From Takakia lepidozioides (lineage: Eukaryota > Plantae > Bryophyta): a stretch of DNA of 64,000 bases. The DNA is taken from contig CM060734.1 in NCBI GenBank assembly GCA_030704615.1, positions 27,838,001-27,902,000 of the forward strand. Reading direction: 5' to 3'. The position numbers and the translations under genes were made by a program. Below, piece after piece: positions 12,823-25,919 of this stretch. Each line of letters opens with the position of its first letter. Positions within the stretch are counted from its first letter, which is position 1. The notes beneath the pieces were generated by a model. That model was not told where the DNA came from. It saw only the letters and a list, made by a program, of their open reading frames with translations, and ran no database searches.

Positions 12823-13691
12823 TGTCAAGCGGCTTTTACTCACCCATCCCTTTGCTATCCGAGGTGGGAACTCCAAGATAGAAGAGGTGGATATCTCTAA
12901 GCACTCAGCCCGCTCAGAACAATCAGTCATGACCTACGGCGTGTATCATGGTTGTGCTTCCTGTTTGTATTTCTTCTTGCCTTCATGTTAGCAAATTACC
13001 TTATTGTGTATACTTAAGCATCAGATTGCTTCACTATCTATCAGGTTCCACTCATCATCCATTCCACAGCTTCACTCAAGTCTCTCTACATAGTGTGATT
13101 GTATCGAATAAGTATTAGATTAAGATTTATCATGTATCAGGCCGAAGCCACGGTTTCCCTAGCCTGCTCTACGGTATATCACTACAGCTAGCATGAATCA
13201 AGTATCATCAGTTCGTGACTAATCCATCTCTCCGTTCCAGATCGTGTTATCCTTCCTGATGGCTAAGTCCTCATCTCCAGAAGTGTCCTCCCAGAAGTGT
13301 CCCCCATGTCGCTGCTTTGCTTAATTTATCTGCAAACTGTTCTAACCGCCTAACTAACTAACTGTCACCCAAGAAGTAAACACGTTCCCTCCGCAGATGT
13401 TGTTCCCACACATTCGTTCCCTGCCAATGATAACCATTCCCTATGTACGCTGTGACGGGCTGTGCCAAACTGTATCGGCTGTGACTGTGTCGGACTGTGT
13501 CGGGGTGTGGTGTGCTGTGTCAGCTGTGCTAGACTGTGACAAACTGTGATAGGCTGTGATTGACTGTGACAGACTGTGTACCACCCCCTAAGCCTGTGTT
13601 GGTCTAAGTCTACCATCGTAAGTCTGCGCAAAAATTAAGGGTACCCCACAGAACCCGTAAAACTGTCTAAGTCCCAGACAGCCCTCTAACA
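12823..13691 (-). repeat. 3' LTR of family B
   Basis: TGTT...GACA on the minus strand; its end tgtcaagcggcttttactcacc recurs at 24876. Confidence 0.85.
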
Positions 13692-13729
13692 TTACCCCTC
13701 CCCCTCTCAAAAAGTCGTGTCCTCACGGT

Positions 13730-16700
13730 TTACTGTTTAGGATCAGCAAACCTTTGTGAACGAGCACCCTTCTGTCGGTGAGAGTCCTTTGGGGGGCTCT
13801 GTGTGCGAGCCCGAGCCCTGTCACTAGCTGATGGAGGCGATTGAGCACCAAATGGAAATGTTTGACCCTCCTTTGGTTGATAACGAGGTAACTTCTCAGG
13901 CATAGGAGATCGCCGTCGTTTCTTCTCTGCCATTTGTAGTGCATAATCCTCCGCCATGTCAAAAGGTTCCTCCGTAGAACCAGTAGTATCAGAATTATCT
14001 TCCCCCCTGAGGTTTTTTGGTGCCCGAACCTTAAGTGGCTTCTCAGGAATCCTGCGTGGCATACAGTGTTGGCCCACCATGTCTGGAAGCTTAAACTGTA
14101 CTACTTGTATCAATCGCTTGCAAGCAAAATGAGTGTACTCCCTGAATTCCTTGTCCGTATAGGTGAGAGGTGCGCCAATGACTTTGGAACCACGTAAGTA
14201 TTTCCAGCTTCATGTCCTTTATAAAAAATATCGTCAGGGCCCAATTTTTCTTTGGCCAAGTTGTTCCAAGCCAAATTAAACCATGAACGAAGTTGGGAAT
14301 CCTTCTGCAACATGACTTTCGTATCATATAGATACATATGGGGTGGAACTGAAGGTAAGACCCAATGATCTCCACTGGAATAACTCAAAATCTTGACTGC
14401 ATCTTCTGCTGCTCAATGTGATAACGTGCAATGAAACAAGCAGCATAGTATAATCCACAGCCCATGACCAAACTAGATACCTCCTTGGTCTTGGTGTAGA
14501 TATACCCATGAACAACCTGAAAGGCAATTAATTCCTTCAGCATGGTGCCTGCCTCAGACCAGTACCTTGCAAAATGATGATCCTCAATGGGTCGATTGTT
14601 CGGAAGAACCTTAGTCCGAGTTGCCACTGGCAACCAAATGCGCATGATCTGGTAATAATGTGCCCAAGACTGTGGATGACTGAATTCCTTCCAAGCCAAA
14701 TCCATCACAATGGGAATCTGGTTGAAGGGCATAATCATAGCCCGATTGTACTCAAGTGCAATAGGAGTCCTAGGTGGGTTAAAAGCAGCATCCCCCCAAA
14801 CCTTAGACTGTGGCATTGCCATGGTATCAACAGTGTCAGCCACCTGCACAACCACCTGCTGTGGGGGCTGTGATATTGCTGCCACTCTCCCTCCTATTGT
14901 TGGCAAGTCCTGCACCTCCTGTGATGAAGACTGGAAAATCAGAGTCCTGACATGCAAATAAGTAGCCACCAACTGTTCCTCAGGAACAAAGGCTCTTTTG
15001 TCAATGTTAGAGCTCAAATCATCCACTTGAGTCTGCAGCCCTTCCACATCATTCTGTAACTCAGCTATTCTACTATAGACAATGTCTATAGTGGTTGTGG
15101 CAATGTTCTGCACCTACAACCTGAGATCATTCATCTCCCCATGAATGAGCTTCTTTGGTGTCTTCCCTTCCACCGGCCCTTGTGTTAACCATACTTGCAT
15201 AATATGGTTATCCACCAAGTCTTGGGACCCCGGAGATCCTGCTCCTCCTTGAGTCTATATCTGTCCAACTGCTGTTGTAAGGCCTCCATGCGCTTTGCAT
15301 GAGGTTCAACCAAAGCGGCATAGGCAGCAGACAGATTATTGGCTTCTTTCCAAGCCTTGTTTATAGCCACAGAGAGTTCATTCTTTCGGCCCGTGAGTGT
15401 TTGCTGCAACTCCAGGATGTACCTTTCCTTTTCAGCCTCAACCTGACTGTACTGTTGGAAAGTATCCTCATTGCGACGGATAGTAGCCTTCAACTCAGCA
15501 ATGAGTTTCCCTTGCTCCACTATCTCAGCCTCCACCATCATACACCTCTCTGCTTGTCTGTTAACTTCTAATGCAGTTTGCTGCAGAGCAGTTGTTAATG
15601 TGGCACATTGGATGGTCATTTTCTGATGAACTGCCTCCAACTCTGTATGAAGCACCTTCACTTCCTGCAATTTTTCCTCATGCTTCACCTGCAACTGGTA
15701 TAGCTGTTGTACTTCATGCAACTTCTCCTGCTCCAGACCCGCTTCAATCAGATTCCCCTTTACTAGCTGCAGGGCAGCCTTCGTGTCCTCCAACTCTTTC
15801 TGCAACTTGAGGTTGGCCTCCACATCCACCTTGTTTGCACACTCAGTGGCAATTCTAGCCTCAAACTCCTGCTTGAGTTCCTCCCTCAAAGCTACCAATT
15901 GTGTGGATGGAACATGGGATTTTACATAAGTGCCCAACAAATTGAGTGTCCTACTTATGGAACTCATAAGCATGGCCTGCTATGTGTCTTCATGGGAAAC
16001 TTGTTGATGGTCCCCCTGATTCTCCACAGTGTGATGTTTCACCAACCATTCAGGCCATGATCCCACAAGATCTTCTTCCTGAACGACCTCATTCTCCACA
16101 GGTGCTGCAGTGCCCTTACATTCTACCCCTGGAACCTCCTCCACAGGTTCGGGCATCACATGCACAGCAGGGATTTCCTTGGTCAAACTCTGCATCTTTG
16201 GCACCACTGGTTCCCTGACCAAGCCAGAGTTTTCATAGAGAAGGTCACCCTTCTCAATTTCTGCCACTACCTGCTCTGTAGTGGGGATGTCTAACCCTTC
16301 TCCTTCCACAGGAATAAGCTTTGGTGTAACAGCATGTACTATTTGAGTTACCCCTGGGACAACTGAGTCAACTAGCTGTGGTAGCTGAGGTACTGAGGTG
16401 ACCTCTTCCTCCCTCTCCAAAGGTCGTGCCTCCAGCAGTAACAACCCCCCGTGCTGGTGTTCCTCATCCTGCACAAGAGCTATGGAAACATCATCTTGCG
16501 GTTTCCTTGAAGCTAGTGGATCTGCCACTATAGTCGTATCCCGCTTCTGTCTTGGATTGGTGCTGCCCCTCCAATCCTCCTTCACCATGTGAAGAGCCCT
16601 GCTCCTCAATTGCAGTGGTTGCTGTCTCAAACACTCCCATCTCCTTGTGTTCACGCGCATCAAGCAAACAAAAGTCAAGAATAATTTGAGCAATTATTGG

Positions 16701-17267
16701 GCCAGACACAATGATCGGAGACTTAGCAGCAGTGCCTTGTAACCGCTTCATCCCTTCCACCAGACCATTGTACATCAACTCCGCCCAAGCCACATCCTCT
16801 CTCCTCAAGGCTTTCAATATCTCCTCCGTGAATGATCTGCTAAGGTACTGTTGGTTCTGCTTCATGGCAAACAGAACGTTCAGTATTTGGCCAACTTCCC
16901 TTAACCCTTGGTACTCGGCCTTGATACAGGTGTATCCTTGAGTCTTAAAGAAACTCGCTTCTTGGAACAAATTCCCTATTTGCAATCTTGCCCTGTGCTC
17001 ATCCACATTCACACGGCCCAATGGCAATTCAAACAATTGCTGCAAGTACTGGGGAGTAATCTCTATATCTACTCCCCTCACCTGTGTAACTCCTGTCCGG
17101 GGCTCAAAGTTCTGAATGAATTGAATCATGTACTTCCAATGATGCAAGGACCATTCCTTGCGTAGCAGCCCTTCCAATCGCAACTCCTTCAGCAGCTGCA
17201 CTGCCTGTGGTGTAGCAATTGTTTGCTTCTGCAGAATCGCGGTGCTCTTCACCCTGATATCCTCCAT
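13730..17267 (-). pseudogene. Long extra ORF region downstream of integrase (frameshifted pieces incl. a coiled-coil segment), function unknown
   Basis: Consecutive same-strand ORFs 16491-17267, 15980-16693, 15185-15973 (E/Q/K heptad-rich), 14385-15113, 14110-14388 and 13730-14113 lie between INT and the PPT. Confidence 0.65.
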
Positions 17268-18286
17268 TCCCCTAAATTCTCTTCATCCCAGACAAACAAG
17301 AAGGCCTTGTTTGAAATAACTGTAGGAAAGCTTGCAGGGCATAGAGCATAAAGGTATGGTTGGCACAGAAAGGAACGGGTAAGTGCGTGTAAGCCTGTGG
17401 GGCTTGCAGATAGTGAGTGAGAGAGAATGTCCTTTCAACCCGTCCGTCCTTGCGCCACTGCGTAAGTAGTAATGCTAGCATATAATCTGTAATATCCGCC
17501 ATAGCTACAAAGCTATAGCTTTGATTGCCCCTCCCGTCGAGACGCTGGTTATTCGGAGCAACCCCGACTTTTCCGCTCATAACTTTTCTAATTTCTTGCT
17601 CTTGTTTCTTGGAGGGAACCACCTGCATGAAATTCTCCGTCCTAATTGGTTGTTGCCTCCTCGGGTAACTTTTAAATTTTACCCCCATCTACTCACATTC
17701 CCACCTGGAATGTCCACTAGGACAGCACATGTGGCAAAGGTCCCCCTTGGCTGTACGTATAAAGGGTTCCGTTACCTGCTCCTTAGATGCATTAATGGGC
17801 CCACAATTAATTTTGGCTGCTGTACTGGGTAGGTACTTCGATGGCTCAGTTTGTCTTTTTGCATGATAACACCCGCTATTGCAGTACATGCAAAGCGGAG
17901 TGCTTTGCCCCTTAGGCCACGTGTTCAAACTCAAACACTCTCCCGTCGCCCTCTGTCCGCGTGGCTTTTCCTCCGAGTTTGACCCTCAAGCTGACCTTAC
18001 GCTTACCGGCCCTTTTTCTGATATTAATCCGCGTCCACCTGTCATTGATCCTATGGACTGTGCAACCCGCGTGGGCTGTGTCAAACTGTGACGAGCTGTG
18101 ATAGGTTGTGTCATACTGCGGTGGCCTGTGATGACTGTGTGAACACCCGTGTTCTACGCTCAGGCCATACACATTTGGCTTTACGACAAGTGCCTCATGC
18201 TCCGTTGGTATTACCGGTGTAGTCCGTGACTGCTTCTGTGTTTCAATATGCAAATCATGCTGCAATGGTTTATCATGGATACCACT

Positions 18287-21200
18287 TTATCCCTTCAACT
18301 TATTGGTGTTAACTCTTCCAAGCATCTCTTTGTTAATGGTTTGTAACATGGCTGTGTTGTTATCATACATCTTCTGTATGACATAAGGTCCTTTCCATGG
18401 TGACTTAAGCTTAAAAGCTTTAATCTTTCCCTTCTTCTGCAACCACAGAACCAAATCTCCTGTCTTAAAAGTTTTCAATTTACCTTCATCAAATTGATCA
18501 TTCCTCTTCATCTGAATTCTGGTCATGTTATCTACTGCATCAACACATACTTCTTCCACATGATATAATTCATGTTTCCTGACTTTAATTGAATCCTCCA
18601 ATTCCATTCTCCTTCCCCATTCAGTTCTCATGGTAGGTAACAAGAATTTCACTGGAAATAAAGCTTTCATACCATAAACTAATTGGAATGGTGTATACTT
18701 AGTGGTGACTTTATATGAAGTCATGTATGACCACAAAGCTGTCAGCAGCTTTGTATCCCAATCTGTTCTGTTTGCATTGACTATCGTAGCCAAAATAGTG
18801 CATAGTATTTTGTTGGTGGCCTCTGCCTGCCCATTATCCTGTGGGTAATAGGTTGTACTCTTCCTGTGCACAATCATGAACTCTTTAGTCAATAATTCTA
18901 TGGTCTCATTAATGAAGTGACTTCCCTAGTCATTGATAAATTCCAAGGGACAGCCAAATCTTGTAAGTATGTTCTCATACAGGAACCTTGCTGTAGACTT
19001 AGCTGTGTTGTCCCTCAGAGCCTTAGCTTCCACCCACTTTGTAGTATAATCAGTGGCTGTGATTATATACTTGTTATGTGTATTTCTGGCTGGTGGGTTT
19101 ATTGGTCCAACAAAGTCTAGTCCCCATTTCTGAAATGGTTCAGTAGGCATCGTCGGATGCAAAGCCATCTTTCCAGATCTTTGCAAAGGTCCTAGCCTCT
19201 GATACTCATCACAACTTTTGCAATACTTGTGCAAATCTTTGAACAGAGTAGGCCACCAGTAACCTGCGAGTAGTATTTTTCTGCTGGTAGTCTCCTCTCC
19301 AAAATGTCCTCTAGCCACTCCTTTATGAACTGCTTCCAAAACTTTATTTACTTCATGGTGGTACAAGCATCGTTTAAGAACTCCATCAGGTCCTAGCTTA
19401 TACAATCTGCTACCTATCATAGTGTAGGGTAAAGCCTTGACAACTATTCTCTTCCTCTATTCCTTCCCATAACTGGGTGGGCACTGACCATGGGTAAGGT
19501 AGTATCTAATTGGCCACTGCCAATCGAACCAATCATCTGCACTTCCCTGCACCTCCACTGCAAATAGACTCGCATCAAGTAGTTGGTCGTCCACTCCCGT
19601 GGCGGGCTCTCCTGTTGATAGGCGTGACAAGTGATCTGCCACAAGATGCAAACGGCCAGGCTTGTAAACAACTTCGAATTCAAACTCATGCAAGATTATT
19701 AACCATCTTGCTATCCTGCCACTAATCAAAGGCTTGTTCACCAGATAAATCAAAGCCTGATGATCCACATAAAACATAAACTTCCTTCCCAATAGATAAT
19801 GCCTGAATTTCTTGACTGCATAAATCATTGCCAATGCTTCTCTTTCAGTGGTGCTATATTTTCTTTTAGCATTGTTCAACAACCTGCTAACATAGTACAT
19901 AGGTGAATCTATGTTTCCTGTGATATTTTGGGCTAACACAGCTTCCAATGCTTCTCCTGAGGCATCACAATGTACATGAAATACTACATGCTAGTGTGGG
20001 TTAATCAACACAGGTGTAGTTTTTACTGACAATGTAAGTTCCTCAAAAGCCTGCTGACATTCAGCTGTCCATGTAAACACTGCATCCTTCTTCAAAAGCT
20101 TGCTCAATGGAGCTGCCATCTGTGCATACCGTTTGACAAACCTTCTATAATAAGTAGTTTGTCCCAGGAACCTCCTTAGACCCTTAACGTTACTTGGTGG
20201 TGGTGAGGCTTTAATAGCCTCTGTCTTTCTAGGATCTACAAGCAGTCCCTTCTTACACACAATGTGTCCTAGTAGTACCCCTGAGTTCACACAGAAAGTA
20301 CACTTTTCCGGATTCAGTCCAAGACCTCTCATCCTGCATCTGGCCAAACATAATTCCAACTTCTGCAAGTGCTCATTCTTAGAGCTGTACACACTGAAGT
20401 CATCTAAGAACACTTGCATGAAATCATACAGATACTCGTGAAAAGATTTTTTATCACCTCTGGAAAGTTGCTGGTGCATTACAAAGTTCAAAAGGCATGA
20501 CTTTGTATGCATAAGCACCCCAGTATGTGATGAAAGTTGTCTTTCCCTGGTCTTCTTCCGTCACTTGCACTTGGTTATATCCACTAAAGCCATCCATGAA
20601 TGAGTACATCTCATGGCCTGCCACAATGTCTAGTACAGCTTCTGTGAATGACAAAGGAAATGGATCTTTCTTTGTACAAGCATTCAACTTCTTATACTTC
20701 ACACAAACTCTCAGTTTGTCATTCTTCTTGGGAACTATCACAATGGGTGACAACCAAGTTGTATACTCTATTGGGTATATGAACTTAGCCTCAGCCAGCT
20801 TCTTGATCTCTTCCCCAACCTTCTGTGCATAGTTAGGATTCATCCTGTACCTAGCCTGTTTGATTGGTACCGACCCTGATTCCAGTTCAATCTTATGCTG
20901 GCAAATCTCAGGTGGTATCCCTTTCAGATCCTCATAGCTCCAAGCAAATACATCTTTGTATTTGATGAACATGCTCTTGGCTTCCTCAAAGAATTCTGGC
21001 TCCAAGTCATCCCCTATTTTCACCATTCTTGGTTCCTCCTCAGTTCCCACATTCACGTCTCTCACCTGCTCTTCAGATGTGATTGTCCATCCAGCCACTA
21101 CTTCATCCTGTAAACTCACAGTGGCTGGTTCTTCTAGGATTTCCATTTCTCCCTCTCTTTCCTCATAGAAATGTGGTGGGTAACTACTTGTTTCCCCCTC

Positions 21201-22305
21201 AATTGGTGTTGTTGTTACTGCACCACAGTAGATACCTTTTAAACAACTCAGGCCTCCCAGTTGCATTTCTGCAACCTGCTCCCACTCTGGGTGTGCAGCA
21301 AATACGGTAGCCTCCTGCTCCTCATCAAGTCCTCCCCTCTAGTCATACTCTCTGACTCCATGAGGTCTTCTCGTAGTAGGTAGCCTACTAGATTTCTTAG
21401 TGGTGACCTGTATCTTGTGCTTCCCATCATGCACAGTCAGTAACTGGGAATTCCAGTCATGGAATACCCTGGTCTGTTTCAGCCATGGTCGACCCAGCAA
21501 TAAGGAGTAAGCTTCCATTAAACACAGTCACCGTGATCTTAAAAATCATCTCTTGGATCTGTATCTTTACTCCTCTTATCAAACCTAAAGGTTGTACACT
21601 CCTTTGATCTGCCATTATTATTGTGAATGGGGCTGGTTTCATACTACTCAGACCAAGCTTCTGCCTTAATTGGTCTGTCATGATATTCACTCCTGAGCCT
21701 CCATCTATCAGTACATCAGTCAAGTCTGTGCTTCCAATTCTCAATTGGATTACTGGCATAGAATCATCAAAGTCCATGACTGTTTCTCGCCCTTCTGGCT
21801 TCACTTTATAGCTTGTCACCTTGCTGTTCAGGTCTGTGTTCTCTGTCACATGAGCAATCTGATTAATTGCTTGATACAATCTGTGCCTACAATGAGGTGC
21901 CACAGCCAATAGCTGTCCAATGATAATCTCAACTTTGGTTTGGCATATTACTTCAGTCAGAGTCCCTTCATTACTCTGCACTTGTGCAACTTCTTTCTTC
22001 ACTTCATCTTCACCATCTCCATCTTCTCTATCAGAGTTAGAAGAATCTGCCATAGGGATATCAGTATTCTTCTGCATTTCCCTTATGGTGTCAGCCACTT
22101 CCCTGTGTAGTTCCTTCTCATCTCTCCAAGCCTCATCATCTTCATGCACATCACTACCATCCTCATTATCATCTTCTTCCTCATCCACTGGAGGTAATAG
22201 TTTAGCTTTGCTTCTGGTCACTATCATTGTACTCACTTCTGGTACAAAACATGGCCTAACCATGTGAGCTGCCACCGCTGGGCCCTCATTCACAGGAGCT
22301 CTCAT
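18287..22305 (-). pseudogene. pol: pol of family B (protease, RT, RNase H, integrase), frameshifted
   Basis: VLIDGGSGVNIM (PR); FMDGFSGYNQ and VFLDDFSV (RT); YSTTEREALA and VDHQAL (RH); GHFG..CKSC, KWGLDFVGP and GQAEATNK (INT). Confidence 0.95.
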
Positions 22306-23902
22306 CTCATTTTGGTGTCTAATCCAGAATGGACATGCTGCCTTGCGATGTCTTGCTTGGTTACGATAGTAACACAGTTCTTCCCCATTAGGTCCTCTCC
22401 CTTGGTCTGCTCTGGGATTATTTCTATAATCCTGATTCCCTGGCTGGTAATTCCCCCTGGGATTACCCTGATAGTAGCCTCTAAGATTGCCTTGGTAATT
22501 CCCTCTTGGATTACCTCTTCATGCCATACCATTGTTATATCCACCAGGCCTACCATAGTGGTCCTGTTCATTGTTTCTTCTTGGCTGGGGTTGCACTGGA
22601 TGCACCCTCACTTGCCTAGATTCTCTTGCAGTTGTCATTCTGTTGTAATAACAATTCTCGTAGAATGATTATCCATTTTATAGATAGTACAATGTTTCTC
22701 CTTTATGTGGCATTCAGCTGTGGTATGGCCTTCATTCTGGCATTTTGCACACCATACACCCTTCCTCCAATGTGTTGCAGCCTCTGTGGCATACTTCTTC
22801 AAGATTTCCTCTAGCCTCTTTCCATAGTTATCCCTCTTCAACTTCTCCTTCTTCTTACTTCTCCTCTTGAGCTCCTGCTCTTCTTCTTCCTCTAACTCAT
22901 CTTCAAAGTCCTCATCATCCCTTTTCTCTCTCCTGAGCATTCCCAATTGCTCAATTCTGTTGGCTATTTCAAATGCCTCCTCCACTGTATTATGGGGTAG
23001 CATATCCATTTTCTTTTGTAATTCAGGTCTTAATCCACTCACAAACCAGGTCTTCTGTAACCCTGGTGCTGGCACAGCAGCCAACTTTTTCATCATCAAC
23101 TCCATCTTTTCCATGTACTCTTCAACAATTTCATGCTTCTTTTGCTTTAACTATTGTAAACTCCCATACACTTCATCCTCAGTTTTGCTTGTCCTGAACC
23201 TATTTCGGAATGTTGTACTAAGGCCATTCCAGGTTAGGAAATGATTATCAGGGAATCTTGCATACCATTCACTTGCTTTCTTGATAAGTGAACAAGGAAA
23301 CAGTCTCATCTTGGCATCATCGCCATTCTCATTGTTCGCAATACACATGTGCTCAAATTGGCTGATGTGTACATCAGGATCCCCTTTTCCTGCATATATT
23401 AGAAAATGTGGTTTTGCCCGTGTTGGAGGTACCGCCATCTGTGGCTCTACACCCTGCCCACTGACAGGTGCTGGTCCTCCTGTTGGTGCTGGTCCTCGAG
23501 GACCTGTTGTTGTAGTGGTGGAACTCCCACCAGGTGCTGGCCCCTGAGTACTCCCTGCTACTGGTCCCACTGTATTCTCAGTATCCCCAGCTCCAGTTGC
23601 ACTACTTCCCACACTCCCTGTCCCCCCAGAGCCAGATCCAAGCTGCCCGCCTGATCCCCCTGAGCCGACACCTTCGTTGGCCTGTGATCCAAGTGCTCTA
23701 CTTGATCCAGGTCCAAAGGTTGGGATGTCCTGGTTGTAGTCTCAACCTCAACTGTTGGGTCTACTTCTTCATACTCTTCATCTTCCAAATTCTTCTCTCT
23801 GTTTTCATCTTCCAAGTTTTTCTCTTGGTTTTCCTCTTCCTCACTTATGTAACTCAACTGGAGTGGTGCTGGAGAGTCTGAACTCTCTGTTGGCTCTGCC
23901 AC
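22302..23902 (-). pseudogene. gag: gag of family B
   Basis: YAGKGDPDVHISQFE..LFPCSL..ASEWY..TWNGLSTTFRNRF (retrotransposon gag) and CAKCQNEGHTTAEC zinc knuckle. Confidence 0.9.
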
Positions 23903-24287
23903 ATCTTCCTCTCCTTCTTTATCTTGTGATTCAGAAACTGGAGTTCCTGCCTTTGGTGTCCCATGCCAACTCTTATCAAAGATTTCTGTCTAATCTTTTA
24001 TCCAGGGACGTACCTCAGATCTCTCCCCTCGTGGCTGATCTTCCTATACCAAATCCCTTAATATTTCTTGTAAGGAATAAGAAGGAGTGACATCCAACTT
24101 TGGTTCTTCCGGTATGGGTGATGTACTCTTTGATCTTAATGGTGTGAGAGGTCCAGATGATTCCCTTTGTCTATTCCCCTCTCCCAAAGATATGGATAAT
24201 TAGCTTTCAAATAACTTTATCTTTTCGTTGAATATCTGTGGAGTCTAGCTTCTCTTTCATCACTCATGTCCCATGTCTTTCATATCT

Positions 24288-24896
24288 TTAATGAGGCAAT
24301 AACCAAAACTCTCTTCTGTAGTATCTCTCGTATATGCCTGGATTTCTTTCAAGCTTCAATGCACCCTTGGCTATACTAGAAGTCTCCGTTACCATATAAC
24401 CATATGGCAAGCACGTCTGAAAAGTTGTTCTTGGTGTAAGTTTGATCCACAGGATATCCTTAGGAATCCAATTCTTTACGAGTACCAATTCTTCATGCAT
24501 ATGAGTGTAAACATTCACTTTCCGTTCCTCCCAGCCTTCAAACTCGATTCGTTTAATGGATAGCAACGCTATCACATAAACCAGTGTTGGTAACCAACTT
24601 GCTCTCCCTCTACAGGCCACTTGATAAATCTTTATCACTCCTTTCTCCAGACCCCACTCAGGATCAGCATCATGCACTCTCTTAAGAATGTTTTCTTTGC
24701 AACCGTCTGACAATTCCAAGAATCTCTGAAAGAATTGCTTGGACAATCTTTCTTTCTCAGTTCCACAAGGAATTTGATTCACATCAAATTCTTTAATTCT
24801 CCATCCACCATGATCCCACCAGATGCCTGTCACATCTGGTTGTTCTTGACCCAGTTCCCCAGTATGGTCGCCAAATGTCGAGCGGCTTTTACTCAC
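24288..24896 (-). CDS. Extra ORF upstream of gag in family B (unknown function)
   Basis: 202-aa ORF between PBS and gag; second diverged copy at about 1249-1516. Confidence 0.55.
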   Translation of the reverse strand: MSKSRSTFGDHTGELGQEQPDVTGIWWDHGGWRIKEFDVNQIPCGTEKERLSKQFFQRFLELSDGCKENILKRVHDADPEWGLEKGVIKIYQVACRGRASWLPTLVYVIALLSIKRIEFEGWEERKVNVYTHMHEELVLVKNWIPKDILWIKLTPRTTFQTCLPYGYMVTETSSIAKGALKLERNPGIYERYYRREFWLLPH

Positions 24897-24897
24897 C

Positions 24898-25232
24898 TTG
24901 CTTTTTGTACTCGCTCCGGTTTTGTTGGCATGTGGTGCATGTCTTGAGATACACCTCGGCCTCCTCCCTTAGTTTGGGCCAGAAATACTCTTTCTTCAAG
25001 AGTGCTGCGGTGCGCTTGGCTCCGCCGTGGCCCGCAAGCGGGCCATCATGGCATTCTTTCAAGAGACTATCTCTGAGCCCTCCTTTCGGTATGTAGAGGC
25101 GCTTTTGCTTATACCGGAGCAATCATTTATGCAAGTGGAACTGCGACTTAACCCCCAGCCTCAAGTCCCGCAATATCGACTTTGCGAACTCATCCTTCCG
25201 ATAGGCCTTCCGAATTTTGCTCACGTGGTTGA
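24898..25232 (-). mobile_element. Integrase zinc-binding fragment of chromoviral family A (host of the family B insertion)
   Basis: RLYIPKGGLRDSLLKECHDGPLAGHGG..YFWP..TCTTCQ; the preceding KIRKAYRKDE matches the end of ORF 60434-61057. Confidence 0.85.
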
Positions 25233-25460
25233 AATATTGTGGTGTATTGGATGCAAGTGCATCTAACGGCTGCAAATGATACGACTTCGAGAGTGACGTC
25301 GACTTATTGGTGATTTATTTTAAATTGTAAGTGGTTTCAACAACTTCACTAGCAACTCCACAATTATATTTTAAATTCATGTAATTTAAAATATATATTA
25401 TTAATTAAATAGAATATACAGTCATTTTAACTACTCATTTAATGACTATAAATATATATA

Positions 25461-25716
25461 CCGTAGCCTCCTATGCGGTCCGGCACTTATTAATTGAAAA
25501 AATGAAATATTTGAAAATTATCAAGCTCAAGTGTTGAAATTTTCAAAATGTTTTTTTCATTGTTTTCACATAAAATGTGCTATAGAAACTGAGTTTTATG
25601 AACATATTATGATTTTGTTGAAATTGTGGAAATTAAGTTTGGAAATGCCGGACCTCAATTCTTTCAAAAAATAATTATTCCGACACCAAGATGCCGAACC
25701 GCATAGGAGGCTACGG
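25461..25716. mobile_element. Tc1/mariner-type MITE
   Basis: ~25-bp TIRs CCGTAGCCTCCTATGCGGTCCGGCA / TGCCGAACCGCATAGGAGGCTACGG (one mismatch), flanked by TA on both sides; AT-rich non-coding interior. Confidence 0.88.
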
Positions 25717-25919
25717 TATATACAGATATATAAAGCTAAAAATACCTTCACATAATAACATGGAATATATAATCATTTTATATATTGTTAGGGTGCAAAA
25801 CGTTCAAAAACTTCAAAAAGTTGGCTCGAATTTAGGGTTGCTAGGTCGCAGAGTGCAGGGCTGCGACTTAGTGTTTTTTTGGGTCTGCGTCTTCTTAGTG
25901 CCAAAGCATCGTGATAACA

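Larger units (their letters stand above)
12823..24897 (-). mobile_element. Near full-length non-chromoviral Ty3/Gypsy element (family B) with extra 5' and 3' ORFs; 5' LTR mostly deleted
   Basis: 3' LTR 13691-12823 is preceded by a polypurine tract (13695-13708). A 22-bp 5' LTR remnant (24876-24897) is followed by PBS TGGCGACCA (tRNA-Arg-like). Domain order gag-PR-RT-RH-INT. Confidence 0.92.
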
